A stretch of DNA of 49,054 bases from Thomasclavelia sp. (GCA_020024765.1 JAHHTG010000001.1:1-49054); one strand, 5' to 3'. Positions 18,361 to 28,572 are shown, numbered from the stretch's first letter. Numbers and translations: made by a program. The notes: generated by a model not told the origin, from the sequence alone.

Positions 18361-19143
18361 TTAAATATTCCTTAATATATCTAAAGTATGTGAACTTGCC
18401 CCTAATAATTCATAACGTTCACATGTCTTTAAATGATAATCTAGAAATATATTAAATTCCTCTTCACTTAATTTATTAAGTGCATCACGCATATAGTCAC
18501 TTTGACCATCGCATGCAATAATCTTAATTCTTTGCAATTCCGACATCTTATCATATTTATCAATATCTTCAACACGTACAACGTGATAAAGTTGTCGTTC
18601 AGAAGGCACAATATGATAAGAATCATCAACTTGATCTAATTCTTCAAAGTGTTTTTCTTTAAACACCCTTGTAATAATACAATAGTCATTCATGACATAA
18701 GCAACCATGATAATACCATTGTGTTTCGTGACTCTTTTAGCTTCACTCAAGGCCTTTAAACAATCTTCCAAACTATGAAGATGATACATTGGTCCAAAAA
18801 GCAGAGTTAAATCATAAGTATGGTCTGGCAAGAAACTTAAATCTAAGGCATTACCTTCGTAACTCGGAATATCCGGACAATTCTTTTTTAGAACATTAAG
18901 ATTACACTTAAATAGTTCTACCGCATCAATTTGATAACCTAAATTATGTAAAGCAATCGAATAACGACCTGTTCCTGCTCCAATATCTAAAATCTTAGGG
19001 TTTTCGAATTCTTTGACATATTCCAAAATATAGTGCATTGTCGTTTCAAATTCCACACGACCATGACGTCTTAACAAACGTTTATCTTCATTAAATTTAT
19101 TGTAATAATCCTTTAAACGGGATTCATAGGCTTTTGAACTCAT
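18361..19143 (-). CDS. Class I SAM-dependent methyltransferase
   Basis: 260 aa. Motif I ILDIGAGTGRYS, with an acidic residue at the end of beta-2 (DAVEL). It lies 21 nt upstream of the NSS gene, so they are probably co-transcribed. Confidence 0.8.
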   Translation of the reverse strand: MSSKAYESRLKDYYNKFNEDKRLLRRHGRVEFETTMHYILEYVKEFENPKILDIGAGTGRYSIALHNLGYQIDAVELFKCNLNVLKKNCPDIPSYEGNALDLSFLPDHTYDLTLLFGPMYHLHSLEDCLKALSEAKRVTKHNGIIMVAYVMNDYCIITRVFKEKHFEELDQVDDSYHIVPSERQLYHVVRVEDIDKYDKMSELQRIKIIACDGQSDYMRDALNKLSEEEFNIFLDYHLKTCERYELLGASSHTLDILRNI

Positions 19144-19241
19144 TGCCTTATTTTAACAAATCTTCTTTTATTTGTATATCGTTATATCGATAAAACAAAG
19201 GAATTAAAGGGCTTATATGCTATAATCAAAGAGGTGAAAAT

Positions 19242-19793
19242 ATGAAAATTAAATGTAGTCAATGTAATGAGGATTTGTCAAAACAAATCCGTGAAAATTT
19301 CGAACAATATGAAGTTGGACGTATTGTCTGTCCAAAATGTCGTAAGAAACAAGCTCGATATATTAGCGAAAGTGAACTCTTAATGTATTTTGGTATCTCG
19401 GCGATGTCTTACTGTTTACTCTTTACAATTATCATGGCGATCTTCGAATACTTAGGGACAACGCCAATTGCTTTTGCCATTATTATCGGTTTATTCATCA
19501 TAGGTTACTTTTTCTTAAAAAATGTTTCCTTGGCAATATATAAGAATGCTTATTTCAAAAAAGATTTAAAAGATATTGTCTTCAAGGAAAATAAGATAGC
19601 TATTCAAAAACGTCTTCGTTGGCAATTCATCATGTTTATGTTAGTAGCATTAATGTTTGGTACAAGTACCGAATACACTATCTATTTCATTATCGCTATT
19701 AGTTTATTTGCAATCATTGTTGGAATCAAAGTTTATCTTTCGATTAAAAACGAACGTCAAGGTTTAAAAGAACGTGCAAAATCTAATAAATAG
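19242..19793 (+). CDS. Hypothetical membrane protein with N-terminal CxxC...CxxC zinc ribbon
   Basis: 183 aa. CSQC...CPKC followed by 4 hydrophobic helices. SD AGAGGTGA, with TGcTATAAT (19218-19226) upstream. Confidence 0.65.
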   Translation: MKIKCSQCNEDLSKQIRENFEQYEVGRIVCPKCRKKQARYISESELLMYFGISAMSYCLLFTIIMAIFEYLGTTPIAFAIIIGLFIIGYFFLKNVSLAIYKNAYFKKDLKDIVFKENKIAIQKRLRWQFIMFMLVALMFGTSTEYTIYFIIAISLFAIIVGIKVYLSIKNERQGLKERAKSNK

Positions 19794-19814
19794 TTCCTTT
19801 CGGAACTATTTTTT
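19792..19814 (+). terminator. Rho-independent terminator
   Basis: AGTTCC-TTTC-GGAACT followed by ATTTTTT. Confidence 0.7.
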
Positions 19815-19841
19815 ACTTATCTCTTAAAAAATTAAAACACT

Positions 19842-19864
19842 AAAAAAGGACCCATGGGTCCTTT
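19842..19864 (-). terminator. Rho-independent terminator after mglC
   Basis: AAAGGACCC-AT-GGGTCCTTT followed by TTTTTT on the minus strand. Confidence 0.8.
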
Positions 19865-19876
19865 AAAATTTATTAG

Positions 19877-20893
19877 TTATTTCTTAACGATATATTTACG
19901 AATATCTAGAGCAACGGCTACAACAATTACCATACCTTGTACGATATATTGATAAGATGTATCGATTTGTAAGAATTGCATCGAAGTTTTTAATAACTCA
20001 TATACTAAAACACCTAATAAAACACCAGATACTTTACCGATACCACCATTAGTTGAAACGCCACCGATTGTACAAGATGCAATCGCTTCTAGTTCATAAC
20101 CTAAACCTAAGTTAACTGATGCACCACCTGATTTAGCGGCTAATAAGAAACCAGCAAGACCATACATAGCGCCAGCTAATGTATGAATTAAAATTCTTGA
20201 TTTACTTACGTTAACACCTGATACTTCAGCAGCATTTTCATTACCACCGATAGCATACATATATTTACCATAACGTGTCTTGTTATATAAGAACCAGAAT
20301 CCCACGAATGCAGCGATACCGAAGACATATAACCACTTGAATGTAAATAAACCAGTACCGAAGAAATCAAACTTGAAAATTGGCTTAGTAGCTAAATCTG
20401 TAAAGTCTGTTCTTAAGCCACCAATAGGATCGGCACCAGAATAAACAAGGTTAATACCATAAATGACAGTTTGAGTACCTAAAGTCGTTAAGAACGCAGG
20501 TACTTTGAAGAATGAAATAATAACACCATTCAATAAACCGAAGAAACCAGTAACTACAAGCACTAATAATAGAACAGCAACTAGAGGAACTTCTGGCAAA
20601 TTTGGAAAGAATTTAGCAGCATAATCGGATCTTTGTAGCAAAGTACAAGCGATAACACCGCCTAAACCGACAGCACGACCTGCAGAAAGGTCAGTACCTT
20701 TAATAATTAAACATCCACTAATACCAAGCGCAATAATTAAACGTGGTGTAACGTTAGATAAAATATTTGAAATATTTGGACCGCCAAAGAATCCTTTCTT
20801 AGTGAAACCTACAAATATTACTAAGATAACCAACATTACTGTAATGGCATTATTACTTAAAAAGTTTTTGACTTTTTTAACATTAACTTCCAT
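19877..20893 (-). CDS. mglC: Galactose/methyl-galactoside ABC transporter permease
   Basis: 338 aa. Ribose/galactose-type (BPD_transp_2) permease, directly downstream of mglA. Confidence 0.85.
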   Translation of the reverse strand: MEVNVKKVKNFLSNNAITVMLVILVIFVGFTKKGFFGGPNISNILSNVTPRLIIALGISGCLIIKGTDLSAGRAVGLGGVIACTLLQRSDYAAKFFPNLPEVPLVAVLLLVLVVTGFFGLLNGVIISFFKVPAFLTTLGTQTVIYGINLVYSGADPIGGLRTDFTDLATKPIFKFDFFGTGLFTFKWLYVFGIAAFVGFWFLYNKTRYGKYMYAIGGNENAAEVSGVNVSKSRILIHTLAGAMYGLAGFLLAAKSGGASVNLGLGYELEAIASCTIGGVSTNGGIGKVSGVLLGVLVYELLKTSMQFLQIDTSYQYIVQGMVIVVAVALDIRKYIVKK

Positions 20894-20904
20894 TTCTTTT
20901 CTCC

Positions 20905-22413
20905 TTACATATATTTAGTAGCGAGTGTCATGACATTTTCTTGTGTTGCTTGCTCGCCTTCAACGAATCCAGTTACACGGCCTTCACACATTACCATGAC
21001 ACGATCAGACATACCTAATAATTCAGGCATTTCTGATGAAATCATAATAACTGACTTACCTTGTTTTGCAAGATCGGCAATGATTGTGTAAATTTCATAC
21101 TTAGCACCTACGTCAATACCACGTGTAGGTTCATCAAGAATGAAGACATCTGGATCATTTGCTAACCAACGACCAATAATTACCTTTTGTTGGTTACCAC
21201 CAGATAATGATTGGATTTGTGTTTTCGTGCTAGGAGTCTTGATATTCATCTTCTTAATGTTTTCATTTACTAAAGCATCAAGTTTTTCATGATTAATAAC
21301 AATCTTATGTTCTAGATATTTATCAAGTGATGCAATACCGATATTATCTGAAATTGATAAAACACCAAAAATACCGGTTGCACGACGATCTTCTGTTAGA
21401 AGGGCAATACCCTTCTTAATTGCATCACGTGGACACTTAATTTTAATTTTTTCGCCTTTATAATAAACATCACCAGATACAATATCACGAACACCGAATA
21501 GAGCTTCCATTAATTCTGTTCTTTGGGCGCCTACTAGGCCACCAATTCCAAGAATCTCGCCCTTTTTCAACTCAAAAGCGACATTCTTAAAACTCTTAGG
21601 GTTAACAGAAGTGAAGTTTTCGACTTTAAGAACTACCTCACCAGGGACATTTTCACGTTTAGGGAAACGATCAGTTAATTCACGACCTACCATTTTTTGA
21701 ATGATTAAATCTGTAGTTAAGTTCTTTGAATCCCAAGTACCAACATACGTACCATCACGCATGATTGTTACTTCATCAGAAATCTGTAAGATTTCTTCCA
21801 TCTTGTGTGAAATATAAATTACTGAAACACCTTTGTTTCTTAAATGATTAATGATATCGAATAGACCTTCAACTTCATTTTCAGTTAATGAAGATGTAGG
21901 TTCATCCATAATTACGATTTTTGCATTAACGGATACTGCTTTAGCAATTTCAACAGATTGCATTTGTGAAACAGATAAAGTTGAAAGTTTTACTCTTGGA
22001 TCAAATTTTAAATTTACTTCCTTGAGTAACTTCTCAGTTTCTTCATACATCTTAGCATGGTCAATGACTTTAATTGGCCCATACTTTTTTAATGGATATC
22101 TGCCACAGAAAATATTTTCTGCAATGCTACGGTCTAAAATTGGTTGCAATTCTTGGTGTACCATCGCAATACCATGATGTAATGCATCATTGGCATCTTT
22201 GAAATTAACTTCTTCACCATCAAGAACAACCGTTCCTCCATCACGTTTGTAAATACCGAATAAACACTTCATTAATGTTGATTTACCGGCACCATTTTCT
22301 CCCATTAATGCATGGACTGTGCCAGGCTTAATGTTTAAACATACGTGATCAAGAGCTTTTACACCTGGGAAATTTTTACAGATATCTTTCATTTCTAAAA
22401 CATATTCGCCCAT
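20905..22413 (-). CDS. mglA: Galactose/methyl-galactoside ABC transporter ATP-binding protein (duplicated ABC)
   Basis: Two ABC cassettes (GENGAGKST; LSGGNQQK). Start set to ATG 22413 (MGEYVLEMKDI..., SD AAGAGG). Confidence 0.9.
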   Translation of the reverse strand: MGEYVLEMKDICKNFPGVKALDHVCLNIKPGTVHALMGENGAGKSTLMKCLFGIYKRDGGTVVLDGEEVNFKDANDALHHGIAMVHQELQPILDRSIAENIFCGRYPLKKYGPIKVIDHAKMYEETEKLLKEVNLKFDPRVKLSTLSVSQMQSVEIAKAVSVNAKIVIMDEPTSSLTENEVEGLFDIINHLRNKGVSVIYISHKMEEILQISDEVTIMRDGTYVGTWDSKNLTTDLIIQKMVGRELTDRFPKRENVPGEVVLKVENFTSVNPKSFKNVAFELKKGEILGIGGLVGAQRTELMEALFGVRDIVSGDVYYKGEKIKIKCPRDAIKKGIALLTEDRRATGIFGVLSISDNIGIASLDKYLEHKIVINHEKLDALVNENIKKMNIKTPSTKTQIQSLSGGNQQKVIIGRWLANDPDVFILDEPTRGIDVGAKYEIYTIIADLAKQGKSVIMISSEMPELLGMSDRVMVMCEGRVTGFVEGEQATQENVMTLATKYM

Positions 22414-22508
22414 ATATAAACCTCTTTCATAATATTGAATTAGGTGTATGCTCAGCACACACCTAATAATGTTAAATTTAGCTATTTAATAATAATTTTA
22501 AATGATTA

Positions 22509-23534
22509 CTATTTTGACATGAATTCTGCAGCGTTTTCAGGAGTTACTTTAACGTAGTCAACCCATGAATATGGTTCTAATGTTTCACCGTTAACAGCAG
22601 CAATAGCAGCATCAACAGCAGCGTGTGATTGTCCGATATGGTCGTTTAATACAGTACCTGTCATACCACCATTTGCAACTAATTCAACTGCTTCAGCAAG
22701 AGCATCAACACCTACTAAGTAGATATCTTCGCCTACTACACGTCCAGCAGCTGTGATAGCTTGAACAGCACCTAATGCCATACCATCGTTATTGCAGAAT
22801 ACAACTTCGATATCAGCACCACGTTCACCAGCTAAAGCGTTAGCAACGATTTCTTGGCCTCTTGCTTGTTCCCAGTCACCACGTTGTTCATCAATCTTTT
22901 CAACTTCTAAACCAGATACTTCTTGGTATTGGCTGATTGAGAATTCAGTTCTATATTTAGCATCAACGTTTTCAGGGTCACCAACAACCATAACGTATTG
23001 AAGTTTGCCATCACCATTGATATCGCCCTTGTTTTCAAGTTCAGCGATCATTTCACCTTGGAACTTACCAGATTGACGAGCATCAGCACCTACATAAGTA
23101 ATGAATCCAGGATATTTTTCCATATCTTCAGCACTTGGTTCACGGTTGATAAAGATACATGGTTTACCAGCAGCTTCACACTTATCAATGATTGTAGCAG
23201 CTGATGTAGATTGTACTAAGTTAATGATAAGAACATCGTAGTCTTGAGCGATGAAGTTATCGATTTGAGCTGTTTGTTCAGCCATATCGTTCTTACCATC
23301 TTGGATAGTTACGTTGTAATGAACTTCATCAGTGTTAAGAGTATTGAAATAGTTTTCAATTTCTTGACGGTATAAAGTCATAAAGTTATCATCGAATTTG
23401 TAAATTGAAACACCAACGTTTACTTCCTTAGCATCTGTAGCAGGAGTATCTGTAACAGTTGGTTCTTCTTGTCCGCAACCTACTAATGCAAAGCACATTA
23501 ATAGAGAGCATAATAAAGCAGTAATTTTTTTCAT
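22509..23534 (-). CDS. mglB: Galactose/glucose ABC transporter substrate-binding lipoprotein
   Basis: Start ATG 23534 (SD GGAGG). MKKITALLCSLLMCFALVGCG carries a lipobox. Periplasmic-binding-protein type I fold (NVGVSIYKFDDNFM..., FCNNDGMALGA). Confidence 0.88.
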   Translation of the reverse strand: MKKITALLCSLLMCFALVGCGQEEPTVTDTPATDAKEVNVGVSIYKFDDNFMTLYRQEIENYFNTLNTDEVHYNVTIQDGKNDMAEQTAQIDNFIAQDYDVLIINLVQSTSAATIIDKCEAAGKPCIFINREPSAEDMEKYPGFITYVGADARQSGKFQGEMIAELENKGDINGDGKLQYVMVVGDPENVDAKYRTEFSISQYQEVSGLEVEKIDEQRGDWEQARGQEIVANALAGERGADIEVVFCNNDGMALGAVQAITAAGRVVGEDIYLVGVDALAEAVELVANGGMTGTVLNDHIGQSHAAVDAAIAAVNGETLEPYSWVDYVKVTPENAAEFMSK

Positions 23535-23570
23535 TTTGTCCTCCAAGTGAGTACTTATCTCACTACTCAT

Positions 23571-23599
23571 ATTGTATATAAGAATGAAAGCGTTTGCAA
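23571..23599 (-). promoter_or_regulatory. mglB promoter with overlapping catabolite-responsive element (cre)
   Basis: On the minus strand: TTGCAA (23599-23594), 17 nt, TACAAT (23576-23571). The sequence ATGAAAGCGTTTGCAA (23584-23599) fits the cre consensus WTGNAANCGNWNNCW at every constrained position. Confidence 0.7.
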
Positions 23600-23644
23600 G
23601 ACATTTTTAAATTATAGTAGTTAAAAATATTTAATTTTTATCAC

Positions 23645-23678
23645 AAATAAAAGAATCCAAAACAATGTTTGGATTCTT
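23645..23678 (-). terminator. Rho-independent terminator after galK
   Basis: AAGAATCCAAA-n5-TTTGGATTCTT followed by TTTATTTG on the minus strand. Confidence 0.8.
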
Positions 23679-23684
23679 ATTTAA

Positions 23685-24956
23685 TTAGATTAATTGATAG
23701 CCACCAAGACTACGGATGTTCATTTCAAATGTTGCATCTTCGCCGTAAACTGCTTGCATTGTATGCAGGTAATCTTTTAGCAAATGACTTGGTACTACAG
23801 CTTGAATTGTACCTTCAAAACCACCACCGTGAACTCTAAATGCACCTTCACCATTTAGACATCTTTCACTTAGTGCTAAAGCTAAGCCTAGAGATTGCGA
23901 ATATGGTTTGATGACACAAGAAACATTTTGAAGGTATTGATAACTCGATTGGCCTGATTCTTTCATAAGTTTTAATAAAGCTTCAATATTTTCTTCTTTG
24001 ATGGCTTTTGCTTGTAAATCAACGCGATGATTTTCGTTAAACAAATGGATTGCACGCAACATTGCACGGTCATTGTTTGCCTCTTCTCTAATCGCTTTGA
24101 AGTTGGCATAAAACTCTTTTTCATCACAGTCTCTTAAAACTTCATGACCCATCGCTTTGGCAACAAGTTTCATTTCACCAGGAATCTTAGCATATTCATC
24201 AGATAAATCAGCATGGTCGCCCTTAGTGTTCGTTAATACTAAATGATAACCATATTTATCGAAACTAAAGTCATGTCTTTCAACAATCGGAACACTTGGA
24301 TTCTCAAAATCCATGATTGTAAAGCCACCACAACTAATGGCCATTTGGTCAAGTAAACCACATGGTTTACCAAAATAAACATTTTCAGCATATTGAGCAA
24401 TTTTTGCGATTTCAATCGCATCAACTTTGCCCTCGTTATATAGTTGGTTGAATAATTCAGCTACCAACACTTCGAAAGAAGCGCTGCTTGAAATACCGCT
24501 ACCAACCAAAACTTTTGATTGACTTAATGCATCAATACCACCAATCTTAAAACCCAATTCTTGGAAACGATAGGCAATGCCACGAATTAAACTTTCTGTT
24601 GTATTGATTTCATCTTGATGAACTGATAAATCACTTAAATCAATAGGTTTAATATCAAAACCTAATGACTTAATTCTCACGATATGATCATCGTTCTTTT
24701 TAGCTAAAGCGACACTATCGATATTAACGCTTGCAGCGATAACTTTGCCATGTTGATGGTCAGTATGGTTACCACCAATTTCAGTACGTCCAGGTGCTGA
24801 AATAATGTGATATTCACCTTCACCATATAGTCCTTCTGCTTGATTCAACAAACTTAAATAACGTTCTTTTTCCGCTTCAATTTCATCATTGCATATTAAT
24901 AATTTAATCTTTTCATCTAATTCGTTTGTTGCTAAAACACTACGTAAATTAACCAT
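23685..24956 (-). CDS. galK: Galactokinase (long Firmicutes type)
   Basis: APGRTEIGGNHTDHQHG is the galactokinase signature, and GSGISSSASFEV is the GHMP ATP motif. I prefer ATG 24956 because the SD AGGAGGGG directly abuts the earlier ATG at 24962. Confidence 0.93.
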   Translation of the reverse strand: MVNLRSVLATNELDEKIKLLICNDEIEAEKERYLSLLNQAEGLYGEGEYHIISAPGRTEIGGNHTDHQHGKVIAASVNIDSVALAKKNDDHIVRIKSLGFDIKPIDLSDLSVHQDEINTTESLIRGIAYRFQELGFKIGGIDALSQSKVLVGSGISSSASFEVLVAELFNQLYNEGKVDAIEIAKIAQYAENVYFGKPCGLLDQMAISCGGFTIMDFENPSVPIVERHDFSFDKYGYHLVLTNTKGDHADLSDEYAKIPGEMKLVAKAMGHEVLRDCDEKEFYANFKAIREEANNDRAMLRAIHLFNENHRVDLQAKAIKEENIEALLKLMKESGQSSYQYLQNVSCVIKPYSQSLGLALALSERCLNGEGAFRVHGGGFEGTIQAVVPSHLLKDYLHTMQAVYGEDATFEMNIRSLGGYQLI

Positions 24957-24971
24957 TTTCATCCCCTCCTA

Positions 24972-25967
24972 TTAGACAATTGTATATTTAATAAAATGTT
25001 GCATTTTTTGATTCTTATAAAGTATCGGCTTTAGATAATTTTCATAATTAATCGCATTTGGGTAATATTGGCATTCAAAACAAACACCATCATGTTCCTT
25101 GTAATAGCGACCCTTTTTACCTCTAACTTCACCATCAAGATAATTGGCGGTATAAATATGCATGCCTGGTAAATCACTTGTCACTTTTAAATGACGATCT
25201 TTATAGCACAATTCAGCAACTAATTTCTCATCAAAGTTCTCAAACACAAAGTTATGATCTAAACCACGAGCCAACACGATGTTCGGATGGTTTGAGTTAA
25301 CAGCTTCACGAATTGGTTTAAATTCTCTAAAGTCAAAGTCCGTTCCTTTAACGTTGATAACTTCATCTTTAGTTAAACCATTTTCATCAACCATAGCCAC
25401 TCTATCAGTATAAATCTTTAATTTATGGTCCAAGATATCTGTTGCACCATTGCTTAAATTAAAATATGAATGGTTTGTAATATTAAGAATTGTGTCTTGA
25501 TCACTCAAGCCTTCAATCTTGTAAAAAAGATTTTTGCCATCAATCTCATATGTAATTTTTAAATCAAGATTCCCAGGATAGCCTTCTTCGCCATTCTTAG
25601 AATGATAACTAAATTCAATTGCGTGGTCTAGTTCTTGCACATCATAGACTTGAAAAAAGAAATTATCATTTCCACCATGTAATGAATTTGGACCATTATT
25701 GATAGGCACATGATATTCACAGTCATGCAATTTGAAACAGCCCTTCGCAATTCGATTAGCACAGCGTCCAACCGTTGCGCCCAAATAACTACCATGTTGT
25801 GTTAGATAGGTTTCCAAATCCTCAAAACCTAAAACCATATCACAATCATGTATTTTATCAACAAATGAAACAAGTGTTGCTCCTAAGTTCATTACTTCAA
25901 CCTTTAAATATTCGTTTTCTAAAACATATGAACGAACTAATTTATTTTTATATTTTCCCTCAATCAT
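24972..25967 (-). CDS. galM: Aldose 1-epimerase (galactose mutarotase)
   Basis: GATLVSF, GRCANRI, NSLHGG, NHSYFNL and a Glu-containing C-terminal block are typical mutarotase motifs. Start ATG 25967 with SD AGGTGG. Confidence 0.9.
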   Translation of the reverse strand: MIEGKYKNKLVRSYVLENEYLKVEVMNLGATLVSFVDKIHDCDMVLGFEDLETYLTQHGSYLGATVGRCANRIAKGCFKLHDCEYHVPINNGPNSLHGGNDNFFFQVYDVQELDHAIEFSYHSKNGEEGYPGNLDLKITYEIDGKNLFYKIEGLSDQDTILNITNHSYFNLSNGATDILDHKLKIYTDRVAMVDENGLTKDEVINVKGTDFDFREFKPIREAVNSNHPNIVLARGLDHNFVFENFDEKLVAELCYKDRHLKVTSDLPGMHIYTANYLDGEVRGKKGRYYKEHDGVCFECQYYPNAINYENYLKPILYKNQKMQHFIKYTIV

Positions 25968-26047
25968 AAAAACCACCTACGACATTATTATACATAAATA
26001 AAGTTTATAACCATCAAATAAAAAGGCAATTAATTACAAAATCGCAT

Positions 26048-26094
26048 TAAAAAGGTGATTAACCATGTTCACTTAGGAACACAGGCTAATCACC
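26048..26094 (-). terminator. Rho-independent terminator
   Basis: GGTGATTAACC ... GGCTAATCACC (one mismatch, with an inner hairpin), followed by TTTTTA on the minus strand. Confidence 0.6.
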
Positions 26095-26102
26095 ATAGTT
26101 CG

Positions 26103-27200
26103 TTATTTCATATAAGTAATAATTGGAATCATTCGTTCATCTTCTAAACTACCGGCATGGTGACCCTTATTGATTAATCCCTCGCCATGATAATTATAAA
26201 TAAAGACGCTATGAGCCTTAGCAATAGCTAAATAATCTCCAATCAATTCTTCAAAACGTTCGTGGTTTTGATAATCACCAAAAAGATGTGAATCAATTAC
26301 TTGTTTAGCTGACAAAAGAATAAATTCGTCAGCATATAATGCCTTAAAGGTTTGCTCGAAAACTTCATTGACACCCGGCTTTAAATAGAAAGCGCAAGCA
26401 CGAGGTTCAAGCCCAATCGGCATACGTAAATATTGATTGAGTTCAGTTTGGCAAACATCGATTTGTTTAGTAATTTCCACTTGGCCATGGTCCGCTAAAA
26501 TTATGAGTAAAGTTTCAGGGTTTAATTCACTAAATGATTCAAACAATTGATCCATACTCTTTAAATATTGATTAGGCAATTCACCATCAGGACCATAATT
26601 ATGCATGATTTCATCATAGAAATCCCAATAAGCATAGATAAATGGATCACCGCAATTGTGACTTTCTTCAATAATGCGTTCAACCATTGCCTCAACAGTT
26701 TTACAACCATCTTTGCGGAAACTTGGAAAAATATCATGAGATGAAATTCCGCGTTCCTTAAGTTCATCAATAATGTTGGGTGTCGGAATCTTTTCCCAAG
26801 CATAGTTTGAACCATAATTCTTGCGAGAGTAACTGCCCTTCCCTAAGAAAGGAATAATTGTATCATTCACTTCCTTGAAGTATTGGTTCCATCCAAGCCA
26901 TCCATTCATATTAGGTGAACGTCCGTTTAAAATAGCAGTTGTTGCAGCTGTTGTTGTTGGTGGAAAGACTGTTGCCGTTTCAGCGAACATGTTTCTTCTC
27001 AAAAAGGAATCTTGAGACAATTTACGTTCAATTAAACGTGAACCCATTCCATCAACCAAAAACAGAATAATCTGTTTTGGTTTACGTTCATTCAAATATT
27101 CACTAAAAGCTCGATTAGGCTCGTATGCCGAATCTAAATCAAAATATTTGCGAATACTAGCAACGTAATCTAAAACGGAATCATGATAATTGGTAAACAT
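26103..27200 (-). CDS. Alkaline-phosphatase superfamily protein (type I phosphodiesterase/nucleotide pyrophosphatase-like)
   Basis: 365 aa. LVDGMGS metal-site motif, the nucleophile region FPPTTTAATTAILNG, and ADHG near the C-terminal part. Confidence 0.75.
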   Translation of the reverse strand: MFTNYHDSVLDYVASIRKYFDLDSAYEPNRAFSEYLNERKPKQIILFLVDGMGSRLIERKLSQDSFLRRNMFAETATVFPPTTTAATTAILNGRSPNMNGWLGWNQYFKEVNDTIIPFLGKGSYSRKNYGSNYAWEKIPTPNIIDELKERGISSHDIFPSFRKDGCKTVEAMVERIIEESHNCGDPFIYAYWDFYDEIMHNYGPDGELPNQYLKSMDQLFESFSELNPETLLIILADHGQVEITKQIDVCQTELNQYLRMPIGLEPRACAFYLKPGVNEVFEQTFKALYADEFILLSAKQVIDSHLFGDYQNHERFEELIGDYLAIAKAHSVFIYNYHGEGLINKGHHAGSLEDERMIPIITYMK

Positions 27201-27201
27201 C

Positions 27202-28572
27202 TTATCTCATTTCTTTTAAGAAAGCTTTGTAAGCACGGTAAGCTTCGTATGTATCAACTTTTGATGCAACTTCATAGCAAGCGTGCATGTTTTGTACTGC
27301 AATACCAGCATCGATAACTTCCATATCCATGTTAGCTAGGATATAAGCGATTGTACCACCGCCACCTTGGTCAACTTTACCAAGTTCTGCAGTTTGGAAC
27401 ATAACGTCAGCATTATCTAATACGTTACGGATTTTAGCGATGAATTCAGGGTTAGCGTCATTGCAGCCACCTTTGCCACGTGATCCTGTGTATTTGTTAA
27501 AGACAATACCCTTACCTAAGAAAGCAGTATTCTTAAGTTCGTTAACTTGTGGATAATTTGGATCATATCCAGCACTAACGTCACTTGATAGCATGAAGCT
27601 GTTTCTTAATAATCTTCTTAATGTAAGTTCGCTGTAGCAGCCCATCTTGTTAAGAACTTCGGCCATTGTATTTTCGAAGAATCTTGATTGCATACCAGTT
27701 GCGCCTTGTGAACCAACTTCTTCTTTATCAACCAATAAGCAGCAACTTGTTCTTTCTGGGTTAACGCTTTCAAGAGTTGCGATTAATGAAGTGTAGGCGC
27801 AGATTCTATCATCATGGCCATAACCCATAATCATTGAACGATCTAATCCATAGTCGCGAGCTGCACCAGCAGGCACTAATTCTAATTCAGCACTCATGAA
27901 ATCATCTTCTTCGATGCCATAAGTTTCTTTTAATAAAGCAAGAATTTGTTTCTTAACTAAATCATCACCATCTTCTTCACTCTTAGCAGGAATTGAACCA
28001 AATGTTACATTTAAGTCTTCACCTTCAATAACGTTCGAAGCCTTCTTACTTAATTGATCAGCTGATAAGTGAATTAATAAATCGCTAATTCCAACAACTG
28101 GATCTTTAGGATCTTCACCAATTGTTACATTAACGATTGAGCCGTCTTTCTTGCAAACGACACCATGTAATGACATTGGGTGAGCAACCCATTGATATTT
28201 CTTAATACCACCATAATAGTGAGTATCTAATAAGACGATACCATGATCTTCATATAAAGGAACTTGTTTAATATCAATACGAGGTGAATCAATATGCGCA
28301 CCTAAGATATTTAAACCTTTTTCAATATTTTCAGTACCGATAACTAATAAGCAAACACCTTTGCCTCTGTTAACGGCATATACGCGATCACCAGCTTTTA
28401 ATGTTTCAACTTCGTTAATGTCTTTGAAACCAGCTGCTCTTGCGCGTTCAACTGCACCAATTGTGCATTCTCTTTCAGTCTTTCCGTGAGTTAAGAAATC
28501 TTTGTAACCTTCACAGAAATCCATAACTGTATCTAGTTTACCATCTAGATATTTATTCCAAGCAGTTTTCAT
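27202..28572 (-). CDS. M18 family aminopeptidase
   Basis: Start ATG 28572 (SD AAAGGAG). The AHIDSPR, DKEEVGS and GYGHDDR-type metal-site blocks are typical of M18 aminopeptidases. Confidence 0.85.
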   Translation of the reverse strand: MKTAWNKYLDGKLDTVMDFCEGYKDFLTHGKTERECTIGAVERARAAGFKDINEVETLKAGDRVYAVNRGKGVCLLVIGTENIEKGLNILGAHIDSPRIDIKQVPLYEDHGIVLLDTHYYGGIKKYQWVAHPMSLHGVVCKKDGSIVNVTIGEDPKDPVVGISDLLIHLSADQLSKKASNVIEGEDLNVTFGSIPAKSEEDGDDLVKKQILALLKETYGIEEDDFMSAELELVPAGAARDYGLDRSMIMGYGHDDRICAYTSLIATLESVNPERTSCCLLVDKEEVGSQGATGMQSRFFENTMAEVLNKMGCYSELTLRRLLRNSFMLSSDVSAGYDPNYPQVNELKNTAFLGKGIVFNKYTGSRGKGGCNDANPEFIAKIRNVLDNADVMFQTAELGKVDQGGGGTIAYILANMDMEVIDAGIAVQNMHACYEVASKVDTYEAYRAYKAFLKEMR

